Virus record (IMG/VR): IMGVR_UViG_3300021399_000104
Source of the DNA: an uncultured virus (IMG/VR IMGVR_UViG_3300021399_000104)
Taxonomy: Duplodnaviria > Heunggongvirae > Uroviricota > Caudoviricetes
DNA length: 64,000 nt
Reading direction: 5' to 3' (one strand)
The stretch's first letter is position 1; the number at the start of each line of letters is the position of its first letter. The notes beneath the pieces were generated by a model. That model searched no databases, had not been told where the DNA came from, and was given only the letters and a program-made list of their open reading frames with translations. Below, one piece after another: positions 29,424 through 39,699 of this stretch. A program made the translations under genes and the position numbers.

Positions 29424-29918
29424 ATGTTATACTTAATACGAAGTTTTGGGCGAAAGAGAACCTCATTAAAAGTAGGTTTTACTGATAAGCCAGTCTCACG
29501 TTTCTTAACATACCGCCATGATAATCCATTTCACGAGAGAATTTCGACTCGAGAAGGCAGTGCATATGATGAAAAACTAATGCACTTATACCTAGAGTCG
29601 TGGGGTTTTCGTGATAATTTTCTGGATGAATGGTTTTTAGATGTTCCAGAGGTTTACACTTTATTTCATGCTAAGAGAGAAAAGATGTTAAAAAGGGTCT
29701 GGAATTGTCGGGAGAGGTTATTTAAGAAAGATGATTTTAAGCGAGAGAATTTAAAGTGTCGAATTTATGAAGATCTCCGGCTACAACATCGATTCAGTTC
29801 TTCATTCAGTAAGGAGATAGATAAAGTCTGGAAGATTGAGTCTAACAAAAAACTAATTAAGTCGTATGAAAAATTACAAAGAGCAGATCAATTTGGTGAA
29901 GCGATCCGTTATTTCTGA
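29424..29918 (+). CDS. GIY-YIG/T5orf172-like nuclease domain protein
   Basis: LYLI...LKVGFT...R...E..MH...EWF. Confidence 0.6.
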   Translation: MLYLIRSFGRKRTSLKVGFTDKPVSRFLTYRHDNPFHERISTREGSAYDEKLMHLYLESWGFRDNFLDEWFLDVPEVYTLFHAKREKMLKRVWNCRERLFKKDDFKRENLKCRIYEDLRLQHRFSSSFSKEIDKVWKIESNKKLIKSYEKLQRADQFGEAIRYF

Positions 29919-30180
29919 CATTGCTAAAGCCATAAACGATGCATCACTAGAGGGTAAGGAGCAGTTAGAGATAAATATAGATCCTAAAGAAGGTCCTAAT
30001 CGCGTATGCATCCAACTTTACCTTCAACAGCCTATGAATTGTATTATTACCGCATTCAGAAAGACAGATAATGAAGCTGTCGGCGGTATGGACATGACGG
30101 TTGGTGAATGGATAAAGGACCTCGAGAATCAAGAAGTAGAGCATGTCATTGAATTCGCTAGACAACTTGGAATAGAATGA
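29866..30180 (+). CDS. Hypothetical protein
   Basis: 104 aa. Confidence 0.65.
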   Translation: MKNYKEQINLVKRSVISDIAKAINDASLEGKEQLEINIDPKEGPNRVCIQLYLQQPMNCIITAFRKTDNEAVGGMDMTVGEWIKDLENQEVEHVIEFARQLGIE

Positions 30181-30809
30181 AAGATTATTTATTTGGAAGA
30201 ACAACATCATCACTGCAGGTTGGGACATTCTTATATGTTTCTGGTCTTCTTTACCTAAGTCGTAATTTATTCTATGAGCTAAAGGATGAATTAGCGGAAG
30301 AGAAGAGATTTTTTGGTATTGTTCTAACTTATAATCGAACTCTTCAATCTGCCTATACTACTCTATTTGATGAAGTAACAGATGAAGAGGAAGATGTTTA
30401 CCAGAGAATTATTTATCTATACAAGCAAATTATAGTAAAGGAACATAAGAAACTAACACGAAGAGGTTTATCCCGGGCCGATGCTATAATAGTCTTGATA
30501 AATAAAATCTTGGACATAATCGGAGAAGTTCCATCACTCCAAGAATATCCTAATAAAAAAGAATATATTAAGATAAAGAAGGTGATAGATAAGCTTTACG
30601 ACAATATCCGAAATCGCTCAAAGAAATCCAAACTTTATACTTTAACAAATTGGATTAAGAAATTGATGGATATGGAACTTGTTGGTAAGCATCCACTCCC
30701 TATGTTTTCAATTCGAGAAGAGGAGAAGAAAAAAGAAAAATTACCTTTATCTGATTCTGGTATTCGAATTGATGACGAACCAACTAAAGTAACTGAATTA
30801 GAATGGTAG
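30177..30809 (+). CDS. Hypothetical protein
   Basis: 210 aa. Confidence 0.7.
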   Translation: MKDYLFGRTTSSLQVGTFLYVSGLLYLSRNLFYELKDELAEEKRFFGIVLTYNRTLQSAYTTLFDEVTDEEEDVYQRIIYLYKQIIVKEHKKLTRRGLSRADAIIVLINKILDIIGEVPSLQEYPNKKEYIKIKKVIDKLYDNIRNRSKKSKLYTLTNWIKKLMDMELVGKHPLPMFSIREEEKKKEKLPLSDSGIRIDDEPTKVTELEW

Positions 30810-31012
30810 TTGTTAAGAATGAGCCACAGTTAATTGTTAATGACGATGACTTGGCGTGTGATTGTAAAGATACTACACTAGAGAACATGACTATTGGATC
30901 CTTAAACTTTATAATGACTGATCTAGAGAAATTTGGATTGGTTGTTTATCAGGGAAAGAGAGGAACTAAAGTATTAAGATCTAGGCACTTTAGTTGTGGA
31001 ATAGTATCATAA
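30803..31012 (+). CDS. Hypothetical protein
   Basis: 69 aa, followed by terminator. Confidence 0.6.
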   Translation: MVVVKNEPQLIVNDDDLACDCKDTTLENMTIGSLNFIMTDLEKFGLVVYQGKRGTKVLRSRHFSCGIVS

Positions 31013-31067
31013 AAAAAAAGGAATTATATCTTAGAAATTAATCTTTGATATAGTTCCTTCTTATTTT

Positions 31068-33131
31068 TTAAAGTTGATCAATTGCTTCCTTGTATTGATC
31101 TAAGTTTTCAACATACAACTCTCCTTTAACACCAACTCTCTTAATGATAGCTTCGAATTCTTCATCAGAGAGCCTACCACGTTTACCTAATTCTAAGGCA
31201 GTTTCTTTCAAAAGGCCGAGGTTGTCTTGTAGAATTGCCTTCGTTGCTTTCTCCATTGTCTCCCATTCTAATAGTAAGAGTTGCTCAAGATTAGTATCAT
31301 CAAATCCTACTCTATATGCATCTTCAAACTTAGGGCATGTACTAGAATGTTCAAATACTCTAGATCCAAAATATCCACCTTTATATGCATATCGCGACAA
31401 GAGCTCCCAAGATTTTTTCAAGTCATCTATAGAACCTAATGGAATTTCCGACCTTTGAGTATCTTTGAAAACTAATCTCTCTGCCTCATAACCTGCCAAT
31501 CCAATCATTACTTGAGACTGTATGCTTCGACGGGTATAAAAGCTTAGGGTATCTTCTTTTCGACCTCTAGAAATACAATAGCCGCCTTTTCCATCTGATG
31601 TTACTGCTACAATTTCAATAGGTATAATTCCTTTACTTACATATGAAACAATCGCGTGACCAGCTTCATGAACAGCAACAGCATATTTGTACTTTGATAA
31701 ATTCGGATCCCTTAACTCTCCAAGAACTAATCTGACCTGTTTTTTATCAACTTCTCCGTTTTCATACTTTAATAGGATAGTCTTGAATTGAACATTATAG
31801 CCAGATTCAGGATCCTCTACATCTATCTCACATGCCTTACCCTTCAATACTACATCAGATAAGAATGGGACAAGATATGATGAAATCGTTGTAAAGATTG
31901 GTCGTGCTCCTTGAGTTGGATAGACACCTTCACAATATAATAGTTTCCTCATATTATCAGAAACTTTCACGGCAAATCCATTCTCATCCTGAAATTTTCT
32001 CTCAATTCTATGTACTTCGTTTTCAATAATTAATTCGAAGTCTGATTTTCTGAGAGAAGGATATAGGATGATATTATTGCCGAGTCTTGCTATCTGCTCT
32101 GCCCTAAATCTTTTCTTTAATGAATTCTTAATGTCTGAGATGGTTATACCTTTTGTCTCCTTGTAAAAAACATCAGCATCAACATCTGCCGTAATCTCAA
32201 GACCCTCAATAAACGCTTCATCAATGTTACCTAAAACAAATACTAAAGACTTCCTACAATCAACTTGCTTTGGTTTACTTGAATTAGTTAACATTGTCTT
32301 TAACTCAGTCAATAATTCTTGAACCGTTTCGAGACTCTTTAGATGAGCATAGTATTCTGGTCGAGTTATATTAGAACCCCTCTTATTCATGTAAAGTAGA
32401 TTGTTTATGACTTGAGAAGGTAAAATAACAGACAGCTCCTCTTCCTCATCATCACCATCTTCTTTCTTTGGATTAACTGTTGGTAATATAGAATCTCCAA
32501 AATATAACCAACCTAATGTTTGTCTAAGACTTCTACTATCCTCCTTATTAACCAGACGTAGATTATGAATAGGGATAACTCTACCTAATTCTTGTACCCA
32601 GGCCTCAAGATCAGAATAATAAGCGTTAACAGCTGAAATTCTCCAATCTGTGTCAATATAATCTAATATACCAGAATCAACAATCTGCCAGAGAGGACGA
32701 AGATTTGATTTCTCTACCTCCGATCCACTCTCATCTAACGTTCTGGCATACTGAAATTCATCAATCACAAATACCATATTATCTGACCCAACTGCTTCAG
32801 TCTCATCATCATCATCATCAATACAAAGATACTTACGAATTAGATCTGTTAAATTATCAGACTTATTATTATTACTCTCCTGGCCACAATCGAAAAATAC
32901 TGCTCGATTAAGACCTAAGAGCCCTAATAAACGACGAACTAAGGAGGTTTTGCCAGTTCCAGTCATACCAAATAATGATATAACAACTGGACGCTCAATG
33001 ACCTCTGGCGTAATATACCACGATTTAACACAGGTACATACACGATCAATAATATCATCAATCCCGACAAACTCCTTCTTTAACGTCTCTTTCGCATCTT
33101 CAAGTAATTTGATCTTTTCTAATTTTTCCAT
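31068..33131 (-). CDS. Clp-type AAA+ ATPase fused to M41 (FtsH-like) metalloprotease
   Basis: GMTGTGKT, VIDEFQ, FRAEQIARL, GARP; HEAGH and LAGYEAE. Confidence 0.8.
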   Translation of the reverse strand: MEKLEKIKLLEDAKETLKKEFVGIDDIIDRVCTCVKSWYITPEVIERPVVISLFGMTGTGKTSLVRRLLGLLGLNRAVFFDCGQESNNNKSDNLTDLIRKYLCIDDDDDETEAVGSDNMVFVIDEFQYARTLDESGSEVEKSNLRPLWQIVDSGILDYIDTDWRISAVNAYYSDLEAWVQELGRVIPIHNLRLVNKEDSRSLRQTLGWLYFGDSILPTVNPKKEDGDDEEEELSVILPSQVINNLLYMNKRGSNITRPEYYAHLKSLETVQELLTELKTMLTNSSKPKQVDCRKSLVFVLGNIDEAFIEGLEITADVDADVFYKETKGITISDIKNSLKKRFRAEQIARLGNNIILYPSLRKSDFELIIENEVHRIERKFQDENGFAVKVSDNMRKLLYCEGVYPTQGARPIFTTISSYLVPFLSDVVLKGKACEIDVEDPESGYNVQFKTILLKYENGEVDKKQVRLVLGELRDPNLSKYKYAVAVHEAGHAIVSYVSKGIIPIEIVAVTSDGKGGYCISRGRKEDTLSFYTRRSIQSQVMIGLAGYEAERLVFKDTQRSEIPLGSIDDLKKSWELLSRYAYKGGYFGSRVFEHSSTCPKFEDAYRVGFDDTNLEQLLLLEWETMEKATKAILQDNLGLLKETALELGKRGRLSDEEFEAIIKRVGVKGELYVENLDQYKEAIDQL

Positions 33132-33583
33132 TTAATGTAAGTGTTAATATAATAATCTAATGACTCTCTTCTTATCTCTGGGTCCGAAGAAGAATAAAAT
33201 ACAAAGTTTCCAAATCTTGACAACTCATCTATAATCCCAATCATTGTATCCTCAACACTCTTTGGATAATGATTGAAATGAGGAAAAGCTATCATAAAAC
33301 TAAACTCGGAAAAACTAAATACCTTAACTAACTTCGGCTCTATCTCTTGAACCAATGTAAAAATGTCAACAAAACGCTGAGTAATCTGTTTATCTGGCAA
33401 AGAGAATAACCAACACCGAATATCTAAATCCGAATTGATAAACTCTTTCTTAATAGCATCACCCTTAGAACTATCAGCCGTTTCTTCATTAACCTCTTGC
33501 AGTGGATCAAAAGAATCTAGTATTAATTTAGCCGGTATCCTGTCCATATAAGGTTGAGCCGGTATATATAATGCTTTTATCAT
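33119..33583 (-). CDS. Hypothetical protein
   Basis: 154 aa. Confidence 0.7.
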   Translation of the reverse strand: MIKALYIPAQPYMDRIPAKLILDSFDPLQEVNEETADSSKGDAIKKEFINSDLDIRCWLFSLPDKQITQRFVDIFTLVQEIEPKLVKVFSFSEFSFMIAFPHFNHYPKSVEDTMIGIIDELSRFGNFVFYSSSDPEIRRESLDYYINTYIKWKN

Positions 33584-34281
33584 TTTATTATAGATTCAAT
33601 TAGTTTATCTTTCATTTCTTTAGTAAGGATTTGAGTCGAGAAAGAATATCCAAAACCATCAGTGTCGGTAAAACAAAAATACGAATAACCTTTGTCATCC
33701 TTTCCTAACCATATGTCCTTAATATTATCCTTCTGCTCTTTTAGTAAGGGAGTAATGACATGTTCAATTAAATCCCTAGAAACAGAAAGAGAATAAGGTG
33801 TTGATAAAGTAGATATAAGAGCATCAAAACTAATCAACCCCTCCGCTATCTTCTTACTCATATCAACTAACTCTGAATCTGATGCACAAGGAGCAATAGA
33901 CTTCATTAACCACATAACCGATTCTAAAGTATTCTCTAATAGATCACCAGGAAAATCATTATCACTGTCCTCCCCCTGATCTAAAGCCTGATAAATCAAT
34001 GCAAGTGCTGATAAAATCTCAGAATCTGGCTTAGTATCATAATCTTGATAACTAATAACCATCCTCTTAGTACCCTCACGCTGTGGATATAATGAAATAT
34101 ATGCCGCCTCTGTGATAAGCTTAAATTGTGTAGTATCAATTAACCTACTTAAAGCCTGATAAAACGAGGATGTGATTAAGCCAATATTAATCAAAGCTTT
34201 ATCACTAATCCCCTCAGCCTCACGATAAGTTTCAAGATAACGACACAATCCTAATAAATAATTAATGTGTTTATCTTTCAT
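33580..34281 (-). CDS. Hypothetical protein
   Basis: 233 aa. Confidence 0.7.
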   Translation of the reverse strand: MKDKHINYLLGLCRYLETYREAEGISDKALINIGLITSSFYQALSRLIDTTQFKLITEAAYISLYPQREGTKRMVISYQDYDTKPDSEILSALALIYQALDQGEDSDNDFPGDLLENTLESVMWLMKSIAPCASDSELVDMSKKIAEGLISFDALISTLSTPYSLSVSRDLIEHVITPLLKEQKDNIKDIWLGKDDKGYSYFCFTDTDGFGYSFSTQILTKEMKDKLIESIIK

Positions 34282-34301
34282 TTTCTTAGTCTTTTTATCA
34301 T

Positions 34302-34334
34302 TTCAAGTATAAGGTTTCTATTCCTTATAAATGA
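34302..34334. promoter_or_regulatory. Back-to-back divergent promoter cassette
   Basis: Copy of 26321-26342. Confidence 0.7.
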
Positions 34335-34371
34335 TGAGAAATTTTATTTTAATACTAAATTAAAAGAAGAG

Positions 34372-35574
34372 ATGAAACAAAAATGGATCTTTGAAGGAGA
34401 GACTGGAGTGTTCTTTCCTATCTCTGCATCAGTTAAACTCCATCCAACACCAGGACCAGGCGTGTATAAGGTAGTAAAATCACCTAACCCCAGAGATAAT
34501 AGATTGGGATTACAGCCAATGGGAATGGAAAAGTTTGAATTCCCCGGCAAAGTTTATGACCTGGGAATGAACGATATGATTGGAAAGATTAAGAAAACAT
34601 GGGAGGCTGAGCAATTTAAAAAAGGAAAAAAGAACCTGACAGTAGTACTCAATGGACTTAAAGGATCCGGCAAAACATATATGGCTAAGATGATGGCTAA
34701 TGATATGGATCTGCCTACCCTAATTGTTGATAACGATTTTGAAGGTGATATTATTTCATTCCTGTCTGATATTGAATTCGAATGTACTGTCTTGATCGAT
34801 GAGGCAGAGAAGATTTTCAATAGAGATAATGGAAACTCACATATCCTGCTTAGACTTCTCGATGGTATCTTTAACGGAGCTAGAAAATTCATAATCTTAA
34901 CTACCAATACATTTACAATCGACGATAACTTGGTAGGAAGACCAGGACGAGTAAGATATGTGAAGAAATTCTCATCACTGCCTCTTGATACAGTCCTCGA
35001 AATAATTGATGATGAACTCGAGGATAAATCAAAGAAAAATTATGTGAAAGAAATCGTTGAAAGACTTAGCATCTCAACCGTAGACGTTGTTAGATCTATT
35101 ATCGAAGAAGTTAATATACATGGAGAAGTTGATAATAATATTTTCTCCATCCCATTCGCACCTTACTCCTTCGATGTAATCTCCATACCTAGAAAAACTA
35201 GAGCCGATATACCACAAATTAAGGAAATATTCGACAAGTATGGAGTGAAACCTGGTATAACAATGGCGGAGCTGGATAAAGAAATTAAGGTGTCAAAGAC
35301 GGGAAAAGATGAAGATCTCTGTACCTATAACCTGATCGAAATAATTGAATGGGAAATCTATAATCATGGATATTGTAGCTATTTCACAGCAGCCAGACTA
35401 AAATCAAACTTCCCAACTCTCTTCCCAGGATCTGATACTAGCTTTGGAGAAATCTTGGAAGCACCTGATAAGGATGGATTCTTTACATATCGAGAAGCAG
35501 GAGGATCAGATATTAGACTCGGATGGATGTTAGGAAATAGAGTAGACCCACTTCTTTACGGCAAACTAATCTAA
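34372..35574 (+). CDS. AAA+ ATPase
   Basis: GLKGSGKT, LIDEAEK, LLDG, TTN, RPGR. Confidence 0.85.
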   Translation: MKQKWIFEGETGVFFPISASVKLHPTPGPGVYKVVKSPNPRDNRLGLQPMGMEKFEFPGKVYDLGMNDMIGKIKKTWEAEQFKKGKKNLTVVLNGLKGSGKTYMAKMMANDMDLPTLIVDNDFEGDIISFLSDIEFECTVLIDEAEKIFNRDNGNSHILLRLLDGIFNGARKFIILTTNTFTIDDNLVGRPGRVRYVKKFSSLPLDTVLEIIDDELEDKSKKNYVKEIVERLSISTVDVVRSIIEEVNIHGEVDNNIFSIPFAPYSFDVISIPRKTRADIPQIKEIFDKYGVKPGITMAELDKEIKVSKTGKDEDLCTYNLIEIIEWEIYNHGYCSYFTAARLKSNFPTLFPGSDTSFGEILEAPDKDGFFTYREAGGSDIRLGWMLGNRVDPLLYGKLI

Positions 35575-35582
35575 ACTACGCT

Positions 35583-35798
35583 ATGAATAAATATATATTG
35601 AACGACATCATTAAAAGCAAAGTAGCACCCGGAGTATCTTTTAAAGTAATCGGGGTAAACGAGAACGAGGAAACCTATACTCTACAACCTGTCTATATTT
35701 GTGAAGGAGGATTTAGTAGAGAAATAAGAGGACAACAAAGAAAAATATCTTTTAACGACGGAAAAACTCAATACGAAAAAAGATGGATGATCAGATAA
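35583..35798 (+). CDS. Hypothetical protein
   Basis: 71 aa. Confidence 0.6.
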   Translation: MNKYILNDIIKSKVAPGVSFKVIGVNENEETYTLQPVYICEGGFSREIRGQQRKISFNDGKTQYEKRWMIR

Positions 35799-36466
35799 AA
35801 GACTTCAGAAAATTCTATCAAAGCTACGGACAAAGAAAGTCAATGACAGAGTTCGATGACTTCACTACTAAGATGTATCAAAACCCATATATCTTGGAAG
35901 AACGAGAAATGAATGTAACTCAACTCGACGTCTTCTCTAGATTAATGGCAGAACGAATGATCTTCTTTATAGGCGAAGTCGAAGCCGTGTCATGCTCAAT
36001 TATATCTGCTCAACTTATGTACCTCAATAGCATAGATGAGGATACAGATATAACAATCAATATTAACTCACCTGGCGGAGTTGTCTATGACGGAAATTCA
36101 CTCATAGATACAATCGGAGCTATCAATGCACCCGTCAAAACTGTTAATATCGGATTGGCAGCTTCTATGGGACTGGTCATACTTAGCGCTGGCCGAAAAG
36201 GAAAAAGAATCGGACTACCACACGCTAAATATCTACTTCATCAACCACTTGGAGGAGCAGATGGACCACTTGCCGATATCGAAATTAGCTACCAACAACT
36301 CAAACTCGCTAAAGAAGAATTGTATGAGTTTATGGCACAACGAACAGGCCAAACGAAAGAAAAACTCATAGAACTTAGCCCAAGAGATTATTGGTTTGGT
36401 TCAGAAAAAGCACTCGAATACGGATTTATCGACGAAATACAACAAATAGACTGGTCGAAAAAATGA
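35783..36466 (+). CDS. clpP: ClpP protease proteolytic subunit
   Basis: DVFSRL, INSPGG, AASMG (Ser), LHQP (His), RDYW (Asp). Confidence 0.95.
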   Translation: MDDQIKDFRKFYQSYGQRKSMTEFDDFTTKMYQNPYILEEREMNVTQLDVFSRLMAERMIFFIGEVEAVSCSIISAQLMYLNSIDEDTDITININSPGGVVYDGNSLIDTIGAINAPVKTVNIGLAASMGLVILSAGRKGKRIGLPHAKYLLHQPLGGADGPLADIEISYQQLKLAKEELYEFMAQRTGQTKEKLIELSPRDYWFGSEKALEYGFIDEIQQIDWSKK

Positions 36467-36780
36467 TAGTGTCGAGGAAAATAGCTAAACTCCTTAAACG
36501 ACTTGGCTATAACGAACTAACCGTCGACGAGTACTGGATGAACTACGAAACTCCACAAAAATATATCGAGGCTGAACTCATTGGAATAAAACCAGAATTT
36601 AGACTACCCGCGCCTAAACCATACGACGCACTGACTTGGCTGGCAAAATTCCATAACGCAAAATTTGTAATCGAGAAAAATTATTGCCAGATCATCGGAC
36701 TAGGAAAATGCGTCGAAAAATATGGCGCTGAACCCGATGTCGCAATAATAATGTGCCTCGAAAAACTTGTGGAAAACTAA
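36463..36780 (+). CDS. Hypothetical protein
   Basis: ATGA-coupled, VS..IAKLLK.LGY. Confidence 0.65.
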   Translation: MIVSRKIAKLLKRLGYNELTVDEYWMNYETPQKYIEAELIGIKPEFRLPAPKPYDALTWLAKFHNAKFVIEKNYCQIIGLGKCVEKYGAEPDVAIIMCLEKLVEN

Positions 36781-36829
36781 AATAAAAAAGAGAACTGGAT
36801 AGAAAAATCTGGCTCTCTTTATTTTTTTC

Positions 36830-37450
36830 TCGAACGGTGTAGGCGGATGCACATAGGAGGACTCTGTAACAGCGAGAATTATAAGTATGGAATACATACT
36901 AGGACACAACGCTGTATCACTATAAAGTGCAAGGTCTCTCATACGTAGTATGAAATAATCTGCACTTGTCAACAGGTCGATGGCTACGCCAAGCCCGGGC
37001 CCATTGCCTACGTTTCGCTAACGCTACACTCCAACAATGCCCAAGCCATCTCCCCGGGGCCTCCTCGCTGCACGCGCTTCGTCGGCCACGCTCCCCTACC
37101 CCTGAGAAAACCCCCTATAAAGACTATCAAGTGGGAATGAAAGGAGATGAAAAGTCGTAATGAAGCGTTAGCGGAATTAGACTTTGAATCGACTGGAATG
37201 ATTGATGAGGATAATAGGGAAGGTATAAGGGGTAGTATTGGTTCGACGATTATGGGATATTATGGGGAAGACGAACGGATCACTGAAGCGGAAATAATCC
37301 CCCTCGAAACGAAATCTTGAACTGAAACGAAAACCTCTTGACGAACGTAGTGAGGAGAGATGGTTGAAGTGAAAGTGAAAAGATGAAGTGAAGAGGGGGA
37401 TTATTGAAGCGGAAGGGATGAAGAGTGAGGATGACAATAATGAATAATAC
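36830..37450. other. Probable replication origin
   Basis: Non-coding, GC-rich hairpins with CGCTAACGCT-type loops and their complements, strand-composition switch, next to helicase. Confidence 0.55.
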
Positions 37451-37577
37451 AATGGTATCGATTTTTCATCTAGAGTGACTACATTAAGCATTTTATGATT
37501 TACGGTAAAAAAACTGATACTGAAATGAATAAAACTCTATTCTCAAGGCATTAATTTCTTTATTAGTGAGAGATTAA

Positions 37578-37617
37578 ACTCCGCTTTCGCCCGACAGAAT
37601 TGAGGGTGAAGTGGAGG
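37578..37617 (+). promoter_or_regulatory. 5' leader hairpin of helicase gene
   Basis: CTCCGCTTTCGCCC pairs with GGGTGAAGTGGAG, just after promoter-like motif near 37556. Confidence 0.45.
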
Positions 37618-37656
37618 TTATATTAACAAATTAATTAATTTTTACAAACTTTTATT

Positions 37657-39573
37657 ATGAATAATTTTATTAAAATTGAAATTCCAGAAGGAATACAATT
37701 TATTGGACAGTATCCTGATTATCAATTGCCGAAGGGAGAACATTGTATTGTTGATAAAGGAGTGACTGGCTGTGGTTATACCGAAATGTGTCTCACTAAT
37801 CCAGACCATGTCATTCTATGCTCTCCCAGAAAATTACTTCTAGAGAATAAGAGAGATCAACATGTTATGGATCGAAATATCGTTTATCTTGACAATCGAT
37901 CTATGGACGGTGAAACCAAGCCTCAATTTCAGAAGCGCTTAATTGATCACATTTACAAGTGTTATTCTATGATGGCTCCTTGTAAGATCATGGTTACTTA
38001 TGATTCTTTGCCTTATGTTGTAGAGGCTTTGACGACGGATGGAACATTGACAGACATTAATAAGTTTGTTTTTGTTGTCGATGAATTTCAATGTATTTTC
38101 ACAGATGCTTTCTTCAAGGCTGCCAGAGAATTAGACTTTGTTGATGCATTACAGAAGGCATCTAGTGTTGTCTACCTGTCTGCGACTCCAATGCTCACCA
38201 AGTATCTTAATCGTACTCCAGAGTTTCAGAATTTAAATTATTATGAACTAGATTGGAGTAAAACTGGTTATGTAGAAAAGGTGAGGCTAGAGAGAAAGAG
38301 GTACCGGAATTATGTTGATGAGATTGGAAAGGTCATTATTCAATATCAGACAGGTAATTATCCAAAAACATTCAAAGACGGTCAGTGGTATGAATCACAT
38401 GAGGCCGTTTTCTATGTTAATTCAGTCACAGATATTGTCAAAGCCGTTAATAAATATAAGTTAACGCCTGAAAATACAAGGATAATTTGTGCTAGGGATA
38501 CTAAGAATGCTAATGCTTTAAAGAGAATTAAGTTCGATTTCGGATCAGTTCCATTAAAAGACGAACCAAAGCCAATGTTCATGTTTTGTACAAGATCAGT
38601 TTATGTGGGAGTTGATATGTATTCTAAGAGTGCAAAGACATTCATTTTTGCTAACCCTAACATCGATTCTATGGCTCTTGATATTGCTCTAGATCTTCCT
38701 CAAATAGCAGGTCGACAGAGAGATAAAGAGAACATGTTTAAAAATGAGATTGTAATTTACTATAAGATTTTGTCCAAAAGTAAAGAGATAACCTTAGATA
38801 ATTTCAATAAGGCTCAGGCGGCTAGAATGGATGCCACTAATACTATGTTGGATACTTGGAAAGGCTTTGCTCCAACACAACAAGGACCATGGAGACAGAC
38901 GGTTAGAGACAGTATTGCTTATTCACAATATGCTCATAACTTTGTTTCCATCTTAGAGGCCACAGGAGATATAGTTTACAACATTTACATTGACCTAGCT
39001 TATCAACGAGCCTGGGAAGTTATACAAAAAGATTATCAAGATGAGATTAACTTGACTAAAGCAATTGCATCATCTTCTATTGCTGAACGCTCTAATAGTG
39101 GTTTAACACCAGAGGAAGAAGCAGAAATTAATCAGTTCTGTTTTAACTTTAGAGGATCGTTTGAAGTTAAAATGAAGGTATATTGTGAGTTTAGAGATAA
39201 GTACCTAGATAATATTAATTTCATTGAATCTTTAAATAATCAAATAGGAGATTATAGATTTGACAGATATTATTCTGCATTTGGGACTGAAGGATGTAGA
39301 GCTAAGAGTTATAAGGAAATTGAATTAGATCGATTTATAAATAATGGTTTAAAATCTGACCAGCTACGAGAGATCTTACTAAGGACGTTTAAACTAGATA
39401 CCTTTTACTCAACTACAGAAACAAGAGATTTATTAGGAAAAATATATAAAGAATTAGGCATGACTTTAACTCCTAAAGCATCAGAATTATCCAATTATTT
39501 TGATATGAAAGATGCATTTAAAAAGATTGATGGCGTTAGAGTAAGAGGATTTAAACTTACAAAAATAAAATAG
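37657..39573 (+). CDS. SF2 helicase-like protein, candidate origin-binding initiator
   Basis: GVTGCGYT (degenerate Walker A), VVDEFQ, LSATP, GVD, QIAGRQR. Confidence 0.7.
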   Translation: MNNFIKIEIPEGIQFIGQYPDYQLPKGEHCIVDKGVTGCGYTEMCLTNPDHVILCSPRKLLLENKRDQHVMDRNIVYLDNRSMDGETKPQFQKRLIDHIYKCYSMMAPCKIMVTYDSLPYVVEALTTDGTLTDINKFVFVVDEFQCIFTDAFFKAARELDFVDALQKASSVVYLSATPMLTKYLNRTPEFQNLNYYELDWSKTGYVEKVRLERKRYRNYVDEIGKVIIQYQTGNYPKTFKDGQWYESHEAVFYVNSVTDIVKAVNKYKLTPENTRIICARDTKNANALKRIKFDFGSVPLKDEPKPMFMFCTRSVYVGVDMYSKSAKTFIFANPNIDSMALDIALDLPQIAGRQRDKENMFKNEIVIYYKILSKSKEITLDNFNKAQAARMDATNTMLDTWKGFAPTQQGPWRQTVRDSIAYSQYAHNFVSILEATGDIVYNIYIDLAYQRAWEVIQKDYQDEINLTKAIASSSIAERSNSGLTPEEEAEINQFCFNFRGSFEVKMKVYCEFRDKYLDNINFIESLNNQIGDYRFDRYYSAFGTEGCRAKSYKEIELDRFINNGLKSDQLREILLRTFKLDTFYSTTETRDLLGKIYKELGMTLTPKASELSNYFDMKDAFKKIDGVRVRGFKLTKIK

Positions 39574-39699
39574 ATTATTCAGGTTAATTTAGGTGTGATT
39601 TGATTAATTTTAGCTTTTACGAGGTTTGAATTCCTGATATATGAGGGCGAATTATAAGCTCTCATTAAACAGAAGAAAAAAATTAATTTACGTTATTTT

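Noticed and set aside
36700..37491. ORFs 36700..36972, 36966..37160 and 37177..37491
   Set aside because: Low-complexity translations of the skewed origin-like region
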